DNA of 62,443 nucleotides, counting the filler, from Sphacelaria rigidula (lineage: Eukaryota): the NCBI GenBank assembly GCA_964200075.2. It is 11 parts of 11 records of this genome, joined end to end, with 100 filler letters (N's around TTAATTAATTAA, not from the genome) between each part and the next. Parts side by side here need not be neighbours in the genome. Positions count along the whole stretch, not along the records: positions 22,745 to 28,330 come from CAXNAA020026090.1; positions 28,431 to 34,016 come from CAXNAA020026091.1; positions 34,117 to 39,702 come from CAXNAA020026092.1; 8 more parts are not named here. The stretch is one strand, 5' to 3'. The notes below the pieces were generated by a model that saw only the letters and a program-made list of their open reading frames with translations, ran no database searches and was not told the DNA's origin. A program made the translations under genes and the position numbers. Position 1 is the stretch's first letter; every line of letters starts with the position of its first letter. Positions 25,005 through 36,660 of the stretch are shown in pieces.

Positions 25005-25182
25005 AGGGAGAATCCTGAAGAAGAGGGTTCAAATTTCGGATAGGGTTGAACCCACACTCCGAAAATTCACATCTTCCCGGGACATGAAGTTTTATAAATA
25101 CAACCAACTGAGGATTTTATTTGTCTATTGAAACTTCCCCTAGGTTGCCTTGTCGCGCATCGTTGCTCGGGTGTCTGAAGCC

Positions 25183-25214
<32 letters not shown>

Positions 25215-25972
25215 TTTCGTATATTCCAATCCGGCTCTCACCTGGTGAGAGGAGGCGCTTTCGTTGGAGTCCCCTGGGTGGCGTCACATATTGTTCTGGG
25301 GGCTTTCGGACTTTTTTCTCTCGGGATGATAAAAGAGGGAGTGCTCTCATGGGAAGGGATGTGTCCCCCCGTTGGTGTCTCAGAAAAGAAATTTCGTTGC
25401 TGAAACCGTTTTACAAAGGTAAAACTGGCGAATTTCATAGGTGAGAAACTCTCTGCTCTTCGCCAAGTTTTCGAGGGCTCGAAACAAACTCCGGTATTAG
25501 AGAGTTTCGGAAAATGCTTTTTATGTCATTTCATAATGCAAATATGTTAGCATCAGAGTGCAGAACGACAGAACACACTTCATCGAACAAAAAAGTTAAG
25601 GGGGGTACCACACTTGGCGGAGGGGGAAATACGTTTTCGTTCTGCACTCTGATGCTGAGATATTTGCAGTCTGAAATGACAAAAAAAACATTTTCCGGAC
25701 GTGTCTCACTTATGTTCTTCGAAGATGAGGGAAACCGCTTTCCATTGGCTTCCCTCACGCGGTGAGAGCCGTTTCGAATGTAGGAAAGGAGATACATATG
25801 GCTTTGGACACCAGAGCAACAATGCGCTAAAAGGCAAGCTAGGGGAAGTTTCAACAGACGTATATACTCCTCAGTTGGTTATTTTTGCAGCGCTGTTCCG
25901 AGGAAGGTGTGAATTTTCTGAAGTTGGGTTCAGCCCCACGTGAACATTCAACCCCGTTTTCCAGGATTCTCG
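25005..25972. repeat. Pair of diverged inverted repeats (~25005-25185 and ~25795-25972)
   Basis: GAAACTTCCCCTAG / CTAGGGGAAGTTTC and AACCAACTGAGGA / TCCTCAGTTGGTT. Confidence 0.6.
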
Positions 25973-26004
25973 GTAATTATATATATATAACACGGCAAAC
26001 CTCG

Positions 26005-28150
26005 CGTACTCATTTGTTGCTTGCCTCAGTCGTTTGACCATTGACCATGCATCCCTTTCGAGACGGAGCAACGTTCCTCATAGGGACACCTTCTACATTC
26101 CGGCGCTCATTACGTTTCTCCTATGCGTTGCACCAAAAACTTTTACATATCTTATCCCCGTCCTGTTTCGCCGTCTCTGGTCACCATTTATCTTCTAGTA
26201 TAATCATCATGTTCTCCCTACAGTATAATGCATCAAACGATTTCATGTCACCGTCGTTCGCGTCCCGCACTTCACCCTCTACCACGTCCCGTTCCTCCTT
26301 GTATAGTTCACGTTCTGCCACTATATGATTTCTGCTCTCTATTGCTTGGCCACAGGGGCAGCTCTGTCCATCTACTTCCTCCTCCTTTCGACGAGTGGTG
26401 AATCTCTTTCTTCTTTCTGGCAGGTCCAGGTCCCACACCCGAAGTCGCAGTTTCATATTTTTCGCCGCGTCCATTGGGCCATGCAGATATGCTTTCATCC
26501 CTATCCCTTTTCTTGACCCTCCGTACATCTCGAGGTGCACTTCCTCGTCTACTTTGCGTGTGAGCGCTCCTTTCCCCCTTATTTCTATCATGTCCCTTAC
26601 TTTGCCTTGTACCCCGTACCTTCACCAATGGACAGCATTTCGTCTTGGTTCCCGCCTATCTCCTTCCATATTTTCTCGACTTCTTTATCCCACCTTATTC
26701 CAGCCTGCCCTTTCGTACTGTTCCTCCATACAGCCCTATTAACTATAGCTGGCAATCTTTTTCTCTGCATGTTCTTCACGCTATATTGCCGTCGCAATTT
26801 TCTCACGTCTCTGTTAGTTTTAGGTGAGTATTCCCAACTCTGCTCTCAAAACTGTATTGCTCGTCGTCTTCGAGCATCCAAATATTTTCTTAGCTGCTGC
26901 CATCTGTACTGTTTCGAACTTCTTCACCAACGTCACGTTTCCCTCCCATACACCTCCTGCATATTCCGGCTTTGGAACGATCACGTTCATCAGGATACAT
27001 CGCTTTATCATGGTGTCTACGTGCGGGTCTCTCAGGACCACGTCCATCCTTTTTATTTGTGCCTCACCCTTCTGTATTACTTTGTTCATGTGTGCATCTC
27101 AACAATAGTTTTATGAGATCTCTACGTCAAAGTAGGTATACTGGTCTAGGACTGGCATTTCTTCTTCTCCTCACTTCCATTTTAACTCTACCGGATTTCT
27201 CTCATCTTCGATACAGACGAGTACCGCGCATTCGTTGACGTTCGCTGTCACTCTCCATTGCCTGGTGTATCCTAGCGCCTTGTCTATCTGTTACTGCAAT
27301 CCTTCTGGTGTTCCTGAAGTCCCCACAAAATCGTCTGCAGATATCAATCGTGATACCATATCTTCACCCACCTTGACCCCTTACTTTGCTGCTTCTATTG
27401 CTTTTATCAACTCGTTAATGAATACCTTGAATAAAAGAGGTGATACCGTACATGTTTGTGCAACTCCTTGTAAGATATCGAAATATTTCGATATTTCCTC
27501 GTCTAGCATCATGTCACTTTTGGCACATTCTGTCATCTTTTTCACCATTCTCCACATCTTTCCTCTAATCCCAGCTTTCCCACAACTTTTTCCACAATCC
27601 ATTTCTCCATACTTTGTCATATGCCTTTTGCACGTCCAGAAAGAAACAGTACGTGGTCCGCCCGGTGTCGTTTCTACCCTGAATACCCTTACTCAGTGTA
27701 TACACATGGTCTACGCAACTGCGGTTTGGCTAAATCCTACTTGTGCCTCGCTGATTTTGTCTTCCTTTTCTAGCATTGTTCCTATAATATCGTTCAGAAT
27801 CTTACAGAACATTTTCCCTAGTGTGCTCCGTGGCGTTATCCCTCTATAGTTCCCTGGGTCAGCCTTGTCTCCTTTTTTGAAAAGGTTGACGAGTACTCCT
27901 TCTCTCCACCCCACGGGTGTATACTCGTTTTCCCAGATCCAGTTGTACAGCATAACCATTATGGTAATAATCCCCTCTTCCCCGTACTTCAGAACGCATT
28001 CACTATTCCGTCTGCCCCTGCTGCCGTTTTGTTCTTGAGTTTAGCTACTCACTCCTTTACTTCATCTCTGGTAAACTTTCTCTGCAATGTTTTCGAGCCT
28101 CTACCCTCTCGTTTTGATGTCGCTACATTTACTTCTGCCTCCTCGTTGGT
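26005..28150 (-). mobile_element. Degenerate 5'-truncated LINE: RT domain and C-terminal Cys/His motif
   Basis: LFKKGDKADPGNYRGIT, GVAQTCTVSPLLFKVFIN, SADD (degenerate YADD-type motif) and CPCGQAIESRNH; multiple frameshifts. Confidence 0.92.
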
Positions 28151-28430
28151 TGATTTCCTTTTCGAAACCCATGTCGAAGTCCGTGTTCGCTTTTGGTGTT
28201 CCTACTTTACGGTAATGCTCGGCCAGCGCTTTTATCTTCCCCTTCCAACTACTGGTTGGGGTTAGACACCCACGAGGCAGTGTAAAAGCCGTGGCTGTCT
28301 CTGGAAGTGGCGATACCAGAAAATAAAACANNNNNNNNNNNNNNNNNNNNNNNNNNNNNNNNNNNNNNNNNNNNTTAATTAATTAANNNNNNNNNNNNNN
28401 NNNNNNNNNNNNNNNNNNNNNNNNNNNNNN

Positions 28431-31400
28431 GTTGACTCGCACTTGACAATATCGAACTCAATGGTTTCGATACTAGAGACTGTGTTCGGGTCTGCTAGCC
28501 CTGGTGCCCACTGAACTGGCATCTACCATCCCCAGCTAGAGTATCGTACCATGACATTACAACCGGTTGGGCAGAATGGCAGAACAGGGTGGTAGGCCTG
28601 CTGCAGTTATCGGTGAGCAGGCTGTTACTGAGCAGTTGCAGGAAGGAAGTAGTCAGATAAGTTCCTCAGCTCAGCTCATGCGTGATATGCAGTTAAGCCA
28701 AGCTGCATTACAGAGGAACATGGACGATATGAGGGCAGTAAGAGAGGCCGGGGGCGCAGAAAACAGTGGCGTCCACGATAGTGAAGGTTCCCATAGCCAA
28801 CAGGGGGATTTCAACACGAATAGAACAGTGGAGCGACGTGGTACTGGAGATCAAAGAGACCAATGGTACATCGGGAGTCAAGCTGTTCCAAAGGACGGAG
28901 CGCGCGACGCAATGAACAACGAGGCCAGCAGTGACGAAGCTGGGGGCTTTGTCCCCGCACGTGAGTCAATCCAAATGAACGATACAAGTGGAAATGTGTC
29001 AGGGGTTCCCGTTTTTCGACAGAACGTCCCAAAATTTTCAGGGAAGAGCGCTGATTACACTCGGTACAGGCATGAACTGGTCAACTTTGCGAGGGGCGAA
29101 GGAATTGGCTGGGTGTTTACCATGACCGGCGATAGTTCGCACGACGTAGATGTCGGTAATCCTGAATTAGAAACGGGGTATCTGGAAAGTAGACATGGAA
29201 AAGACACCGTGGCAGCCAACGTGAGGGCGAGACGTATGCTTGTTGCTAGTTTAGAAGGAAGGAGAGAGAAAGACACTTTGCTAAGAATTCACTCACCTGC
29301 TGCTGTTTGGAGAAAAATCGAGGATGTCTGTCGCCCCAAAACAAATGGGGCGAGAACCGTTTTGTTGGAAACGTTCGATGGAATCAAGATTGGTGTCCGT
29401 GATGATCCAGAGCAGAAGCTGCTCGAGATGGAGGAAATTGCACGTGACCTGAACTCATACGAGAAGCATGAGCGACTAAGCAAAAACCATATTCTCTTGA
29501 AAGTCCTCAACGTATTGCCCTTCGAGTATCACACCCAGAAGCAACTGCTGGAGGATCGAGAGGGACCGCTGACACGGGGGGTTGTTTTGACTTCGATCGG
29601 AAAGCGCTTCGAATCAACATCTTTTAAGGAGGAACTTGCCCGGGGAAAGAAGTCATCCCGGGGCGACCAGGCTCTCCTTGCTGGGGGTTGGACCGGAAAA
29701 CCGAGCGGTGCACACCGCAAGGGGAAACCGGGAAAATCCCAGGGCTCTGGTCACAAAAACGGCGGGAGCCAGAGTTGAAGTAGCTCTGGGTCGGCATCAT
29801 CGGACGTCAAACCGGCGACTGGGAAGCTGCTCCGCTGCCACGTTTGCGACGAGGACACGACGCATCGAGCCAGGAACTGCCCGAAGAGATACTGCGGGAG
29901 GTGCGGTCTGTAGGGACACACGTTCTGGGACTGTCCGAGATCGACAGCGAAGAAAAAAGACGTGGTGATGGCGATGGGCGCGGCCGACGACAGCGACAGC
30001 TTCTCCGTCTGTTCGGTGGCGGATAGGGAGGCCTTCACCTCTCTCGGCACCACCATCAACGGCGACGCAGGCGAGTATGCATTGAGGGTTGAGCGGGGGG
30101 GTGATAGTCAGCAGGGTGAGGGCGAACCGTGGGTATTTGACACGGGGGCTACCCAGCATTTCTCCCACGATTCCCATGAGATGACGGAGTACAGAGAGTG
30201 CAAGGGTAGGGTACTACGGTGCGCGGGAGGTAGTACTCACCCGATCGTAGGCAGAGGAAATTTGTCTCTTGCCTTCAGATCTGACGGACAGGATGTGATC
30301 CTAAAACTAGTGGATGTTGAACATGTATCTGGTGTCTGTCATCACCTCTTGTCACTCACGAGGACCCAACACATGGGACACACCTACAATGGTTTTCGTA
30401 CAGGTTTCCGGGTAGATCTCAATTCAGGCAATACACTGAAAATACCCGGACAACCACGTTAACTCAGAATGTACGTCCGTCGCCTCGACCAAAGTGGTAG
30501 AGACAAGTGTGCTTCGGCATATGCTGTTATTGCCCCGGGGGCTTTGCCTAGCCCCCAGACCGCTGACATCAACGAATTTCACTGTGCCCACGCCCACGTC
30601 CACGAGGACCTGCTGCGAAAGACGGCGAAGCAGCAGAGAAAGCAGCTGGATGGGGAGCTGCAGCCCTGCCGCGGCTGCTCAGAGGCGAAGGGGCTGCGGG
30701 CACCGATTATAATGTCGACGCACACGAGAGCAGCTAAGTCAGCGTCTAGGGTGTTTGTAGATCTTTCCGGGCCGAAACCAGTCAAGTCCTGCGGGGGAAA
30801 GTCGTACACGATAATAGTCCGAGATGAACACTCACGGCACACAAAGCTGTATTTCCTCCGGAAGAAGGATGAGGCAGAGAGATACTTCGCGAAATACATT
30901 GCATGGATCTCTCCGAGAAAGATTGAAACAGTCCGTAGCGATGACGGGGGTGAATCCTCGGAGGGTGCATTTGGTGAACTGTGTGACAGGGAAAAGATCA
31001 AGCAGGTGAAGACAACTGCCGACTCACCCCAGTTCAACGATGTTGCAGAGCGAGCGTTAGGTATAATCGAAACAGCAGACCTTGCGACCAGAATCCGAGC
31101 ATCTGATACCCAGATTAGCGCATCCCAAATGGTGACAGACTGTGGGATGAACAAGGAAACTGGGCGTGTCACGCCCCGAACTGTACTGCTACCTCGGCTA
31201 ACCCGCACCACAAATCACCGCATGAGATGTGGTGTGGATCACCACCAGAAGATAATCTCATTCCGTTCTTGAAGCCTGGTTTTTGTAGGAGGAAGCGGAC
31301 AAATAAATTGCAGCCGAAGACTGAAAAATGCTGGAACTTGAGCCCAGCCCCAGACTATCCGCATGACGCGATGCGAGTTCTGACTCTACGAGGAACTATC

Positions 31401-33919
31401 TCCGTGACAAGACATGTAACATGGGCACGTACGTCCGCTGCCCCCCCCCGCACACTACGACAAGCGATCCAGACGCCGGGCGAGCTGAAGGATTCCAGCG
31501 TCGATCAAGGCCAGGGTGTGAGTGAGGACAGGACGGAAAGCTCGACAGTGGACACTACATCCAGCGGTTCCTCAAGCGCGCCGTCCTCCCCGCCGAGTTC
31601 CGTTGGTGGGAGGGGCGGAGAAGCACCGCAGATCTCCGTCAGTAATGGAGGAGGCGAAGTGCCTTCACCGTCCCCGCGAGGGGGGGGGGGAGGCGGGGTG
31701 ATACCAGAGATTCCCGTTCCAGATTTTGTCAACGGAGGGGGTGAGGCAGAGCCGGAATTATCATCATCATCATCACCAACGCCAACATCAGTGCCGACGC
31801 CGACACCAGCGAAGACGCCGACACCTACGCCGGCGCAGACACCAGCGCAGACACCGACACCGACGCCGACGCCGAAACCTACGCCGACGCTCACATCGGC
31901 ATCGGATCCTCCCTCGTCGCTCGCACTGTCACCCTCTTCCACGGGTCCCTCGGAAGACGGCAGGGGGGGCGGCGACGCTCCTCAACTCTCGAGGACCGAG
32001 CAACGCCGTCTTGCGTGGGCTGACCGGTTAACAACACCAAGGGCGGGGCGAACAAGGAGCCTAATGCGCGAGGCCATGGGATCGGGACACGCACGAGGCG
32101 AAATGCTGATGGCTAGCGGAGCGGAGGAAAGCAAGAAGGAAGCGGAGATGGCGCTAGCGGGAATGGCGGAGGACAAATGCTCAACCATGGAGATGATCAC
32201 CGCGGCAGCAAGACAGGTGGCCGGACAAGACGCAATCGCTTCGACTCAACACGAGTTAGCTAAAATCGAGTTTTTTTGTTTTGTCGCTGAGGAAAACAGG
32301 GTAGGGCAGCCTGAATTCGGTTTGCGTTCACCGGTTGGCCTACACGTGAGCGAAATAAAGGCAGCACAAACCAGTATGGATGACATCGCGAAATCAGAAT
32401 TTCGAGAGGCATGGTTAGGCGCGATGCAGGCCGAACTAGGAGGTCATGAAAAGGCTAGAACATTTTCGACTGGCCCTGTACCGGAAGGAGTAAACGTAAT
32501 TTCAGCGAAGTGGGGTTTCAGTTGGAAGACTGACGCAGATGGTACTGTAACGAAGGCAAAGGCAAGATTGGTAGCACCAGGATTCGGACAACGTTTTGCT
32601 GTCGACTATTTCGAGACTTTCGCGGCAACGCCCTCCATGGCCTCCATCAAACTGGCCATGGCAATTGCAGTTCAGGAAGAGTGGCCGCTGTATCATTTTG
32701 ACGTAACACAGGCTTTTGTTCAGGCAGAGACGGATACCGACGTGTACATGAGGTTGCCTGGAGGTTGCTCCGTTTTGACAGACGTGACCGTGAATCTGAA
32801 AAAAATTATTTACGGGATCAATCAAGCGGACAGGCAGTGGTCTAGTCTTTTTTGCTTAACTTTACTGGAGGATGTCGGGATGGTGCAGTGTGAGGCTGAC
32901 CCACGTGTTTCCAGGATGGAGGATGAAGGAGACGTGCGTGTGATTTAGTTGTGCATGTGGACGACATCCTTATCAGTGGTTCTGAGGGAAACGTAGGAAA
33001 GGTAGGCAAAATCCTGAAAAAAACGTTCCTCACGAACAATCTCGAAGAGGTCACCTGGTACATGGGGTGCGCAGTGGATAGAGACTGGGATAGAGGAACG
33101 CTGTCTGTGACGCAAACCACGTTCACGGACACGCTCCTGAAGCGTTTTGAGGTGAGGAGGTACTCGGAAATCCCTGCCTCTGTTTCTGTAAAGTCGAGGC
33201 CGACAACGGGCGAAGACAAAAAAGGTGAATCGCCCATACCGTAACGCAGTGGGGGGGGTTGGTGTGGCTGGCAACAGTCACCAGACCCGACATCGCGAAT
33301 TCGGTACGAGCGCTTGCTCGCCAGTCGAATGACCCATGCGAGAGGCACTGGGAAGCTGTGATGAAAGTGCTGAAGTATCTCCATGAGACGAAGCAGTTTG
33401 GACTCGTTCAAGAAAGGTCTTGATAGGCTCTCAGTCTACAGCGATGTAGACTACGCTAAGAAGGAAACGGATAGGCGTTCGGTATCAGGGGTAGCCGTAA
33501 TGTACGGTGGTGTGGTAGTGTCGGCAAAGAGCCGCACGCAACACTGTGTGACTCTGTCAACTGCGGGGGCAGAGTATGTTGTAATAGCCGAGGGGGCAAA
33601 GGAGGGATTGTTTGTGAAGGCAGTGTTGACGTTCCTGCGACCGCAGACTGTGTCGGGATGCGGGGAGGACCAAGGTATTATTTTGTACGAGGACAACGAG
33701 GGAGCGAAAGCTCTGGCCGAGAATCCTCTCAGTCCCGAAAGGAGTAAGCACATAGACGTGAAATTTCACTTCATTCGAGAGCTGGTGGGGACGGGAAAGG
33801 TCAGGGTTGTGCATGTAGGCTCAGGATGGCAGCATGCTGATATTTTGACGAAGCCTCTCTCGATCAACCTGTTTACGAGGCAAATACGTTTTTTGATGAA
33901 CTTGGAAGGTGACAAGTAG
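28431..33919 (+). mobile_element. Degenerate Ty1/Copia LTR retrotransposon, internal region
   Basis: Domain order: gag (28576-29778), CCHC knuckles, protease WVFDTGATQH, integrase, RT (KARLVAPGFGQ, HVDD), RNase H (YSDVDYA, RSKHIDVKFHFIRE). Contains stops and frameshifts. Confidence 0.96.
28462..28472 (+). promoter_or_regulatory. Putative Copia primer-binding site
   Basis: TGGTTTCGATA directly after a possible LTR end (...CTCA at 28460), upstream of gag. Confidence 0.45.
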
Positions 33920-34399
33920 GTGCATTTTTTTTGTGTGTACCATTGTGCTACGAGGGAAAGGGAATGCGCAACCCCTCTCGCGATAAAAAATAAAGGCAAG
34001 CACCGCAGAAGGAAGGNNNNNNNNNNNNNNNNNNNNNNNNNNNNNNNNNNNNNNNNNNNNTTAATTAATTAANNNNNNNNNNNNNNNNNNNNNNNNNNNN
34101 NNNNNNNNNNNNNNNNGCTTGCCAACCCCCGCCAGTTTGCTAGACTAGGCTCCCCTCTGTGGGGTGATGCGAAGTGTCCGAGACGTGTGTTGGCGGTTTT
34201 CTTGGTTCGGGGGTCAAAAGGTGGGTCAAACGCCCCGAAAGTGAATAATCCGTGGGCCAAAAATCTGTTCGCGCCATACAGTAACATCCGGCCTTACATC
34301 TTCATTTTACTTTGCATTGGCATTGCATTGTCGCACAGTTTGGACGTGGGTTTTTGTATCAATCTCCGGTTGCCTGACATAGCCAATAACTTTATCATA

Positions 34400-34949
34400 C
34401 AGTAGTGAGCAGTCTAACTATTCGGCGAGGTTTGGGGGTATTCCTCGCGTTCTACTCTTCGGTAGAACTCGAAATTGCTAGCGTCGGTAGATTTTGGTAC
34501 AATACAGAAATCATCCTCGAAACACAGTGCCCAAGTCAGTGCTAGTTGGTGTTATCGGGCGAAACGAGTAAATACCCCGTTCATCAGGAGGGTGTTATTG
34601 ACCGTGAAACACGGTTTTTCGGCTCTAGTGCAATGAGTGGGCAGAATCTCAAAGGAATAAAACTGTACTTTTTTTTAGAAATATGATCGGGGCAGGGTCG
34701 ATCGACCGAAAATACCGAAAAGTAAGAATCTGGGCTGAAACGTCGCAGGACCCCCGATGACCGACCAGCCCTTAAGTCACTCAATACTGAGTACAGATTA
34801 TTTCTTTTTCTTGGAATGTGGAGCGGATACAAAAATATTCAAATCCCCAATGTGACAAGCCGTGGCAGGCGGAAAGAGCCCAAGAAAATCGCCGAATACG
34901 AAGAAATCACAAAATGCCTCAAAATAAATAGTTAGACCGCCCACTACTG
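34400..34949. mobile_element. Tc1/mariner-like MITE with TA TSD
   Basis: TA|CAGTAGTGAGCAGTCTAACTATT ... AATAGTTAGACCGCCCACTACTG|TA. Confidence 0.8.
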
Positions 34950-34980
34950 TACATCGAGTACAGTAGTGGTACATCGAGTA

Positions 34981-35527
34981 CAGTAGTTGGCGCTTGAACT
35001 ATTCATTTTGTAATTTCTTCGTAATTGGCGATTTTCTCAGCTTTTTTCGCTTGCCACCGCTCATCATATTGGGGATCTGAAGATACTTGTATCCGCTCTA
35101 AATTCCAAGAAAAAAAAACATCTGTAGTCAATATTGAATGACTTACGCGCTGACTGGTCATCGGGGGTCCTGACACGTTTCAGCCCAGATTTTGCCTCTT
35201 CGGTGTTTTCGGTCGATCGAGCCTGTCCCGATCGTATTTGTGAAAAAATGTACAGGTTTGGTTTCCTGAAATTATACCTACTCATCGTACTAGAGCCGAA
35301 AAACTTTATATTCAAGGTCAATAACACCCTCCTGATGAACGTGGTATCTACTCGTATCTCCCGATACAACCAACTAACACTAACAAGGGCACTGGGGGGG
35401 GGGGGGGGGAAGGCGATCCGTTTATTCTACCAAAATCTACCGACGCTAGCACTTTCAAGTTCTATCTAAGAGTAGCCGCGAGAAAAAAAGCCTCCTGAAC
35501 AAAAAACAGTTCAGGCGCCCAGTACTT
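34981..35527. mobile_element. Related MITE in inverted orientation
   Basis: TA|CAGTAGTTGGCGCTTGAACTATT. The interior is the reverse complement of 34450-34920. Confidence 0.75.
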
Positions 35528-35719
35528 TATGTACAATGACCACCACTTCCACGTAGCGTGTAGAGAAAAAGAAACGCCGCGTCCTGGTGATAGAGCTGTG
35601 GTGCAATATCCGTCAGATTTCGGGGCAGCAGGACGTTGAAACTCCAACAGCCATGGTTCATTTTTCTGAATTTCGTCCCGAAAGGCGGAAGCACGTGAGT
35701 TGGGCCTCGTCGTAAACGA

Positions 35720-36660
35720 AAGAGAATGAAAACGACCAACAGCCCACGCATGGTAACCATTTCTGCGTTCCCTTTCGCATTATCATCGAACTGTTCCTCA
35801 ATTATCACAATAATGAAATCATATATATATAAATATATATATGTGTGTATATATTTGTGAGGATAATGAGAACGAGAGCGTATCTCAGCACATTGTTTTC
35901 AGATCGAAGAATTTGCGGTGGGAACGAAAAATTCCGATCTGATAAGTCGTCATTTCAACAAGAATGGTGTGGACGAGAATGACGACCTACAGTACCAGAT
36001 CGGAATTCTTCTTCCCCGCCGCGCACCTTTTTCGATTGAAAAATATTTTGCGAAGACACGGCGTGAGGCCACCCAGTCCTTATGGCAAATGAAAATCAAA
36101 ATCTGGAAAACTGCCGTCTGGGAGCTTTTGCATCGTTTTACGCCCTGAAGAGAGGGAGAGCCGGGCGGACTTTGACACCTCGGAATGACCTGCTGTACTT
36201 GTTGAGACGGTTCCAGCACACCTGTGCAGTCATCCGGTGGCCGCACTTCTTCTTTTTTTTCTCTCCAAACTTCCATTTTTCTCCGAGGCCGCTCGTTTTT
36301 CTCGGAGATCAGTCAGGTTCAGAAAAACTTTGGCCGCTTTTCTGAACTTGACCTGTCTCCGGGAAAGATGAGCGGTCTCGGAGAAACGCAAGTTTGAGCA
36401 AAAAAAAAAGTGCTGCCACCGGGAAACCGCAGATGTGCTGGAACTGTCTCAATCAACGAGTACAGCAAGGCATTCCAAGGTGTCAAAGTCCGCCTAGCTC
36501 CCTCTCTCTTCGCGGCGTAAAACGACGCAAAAGCTCCAAGAGGGCAGTTTTCCAGATTTTTATTTTTATTTGCCGTAAGAGGCGACCTGAGAAAGAAATG
36601 ATGCGAAAAAAGAACATAAAAATGGTTTCCATCCGTGGGCTGTTTGTTGTTTTCATTCCC
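35720..36660. repeat. Fold-back element with long imperfect inverted arms
   Basis: 36085-36230 pairs with 36430-36575, and 35720-35763 pairs with 36618-36660. Confidence 0.7.

Noticed and set aside
26005..33919. LINE next to Copia as a composite system
   Set aside because: They lie on different contigs separated by a linker.
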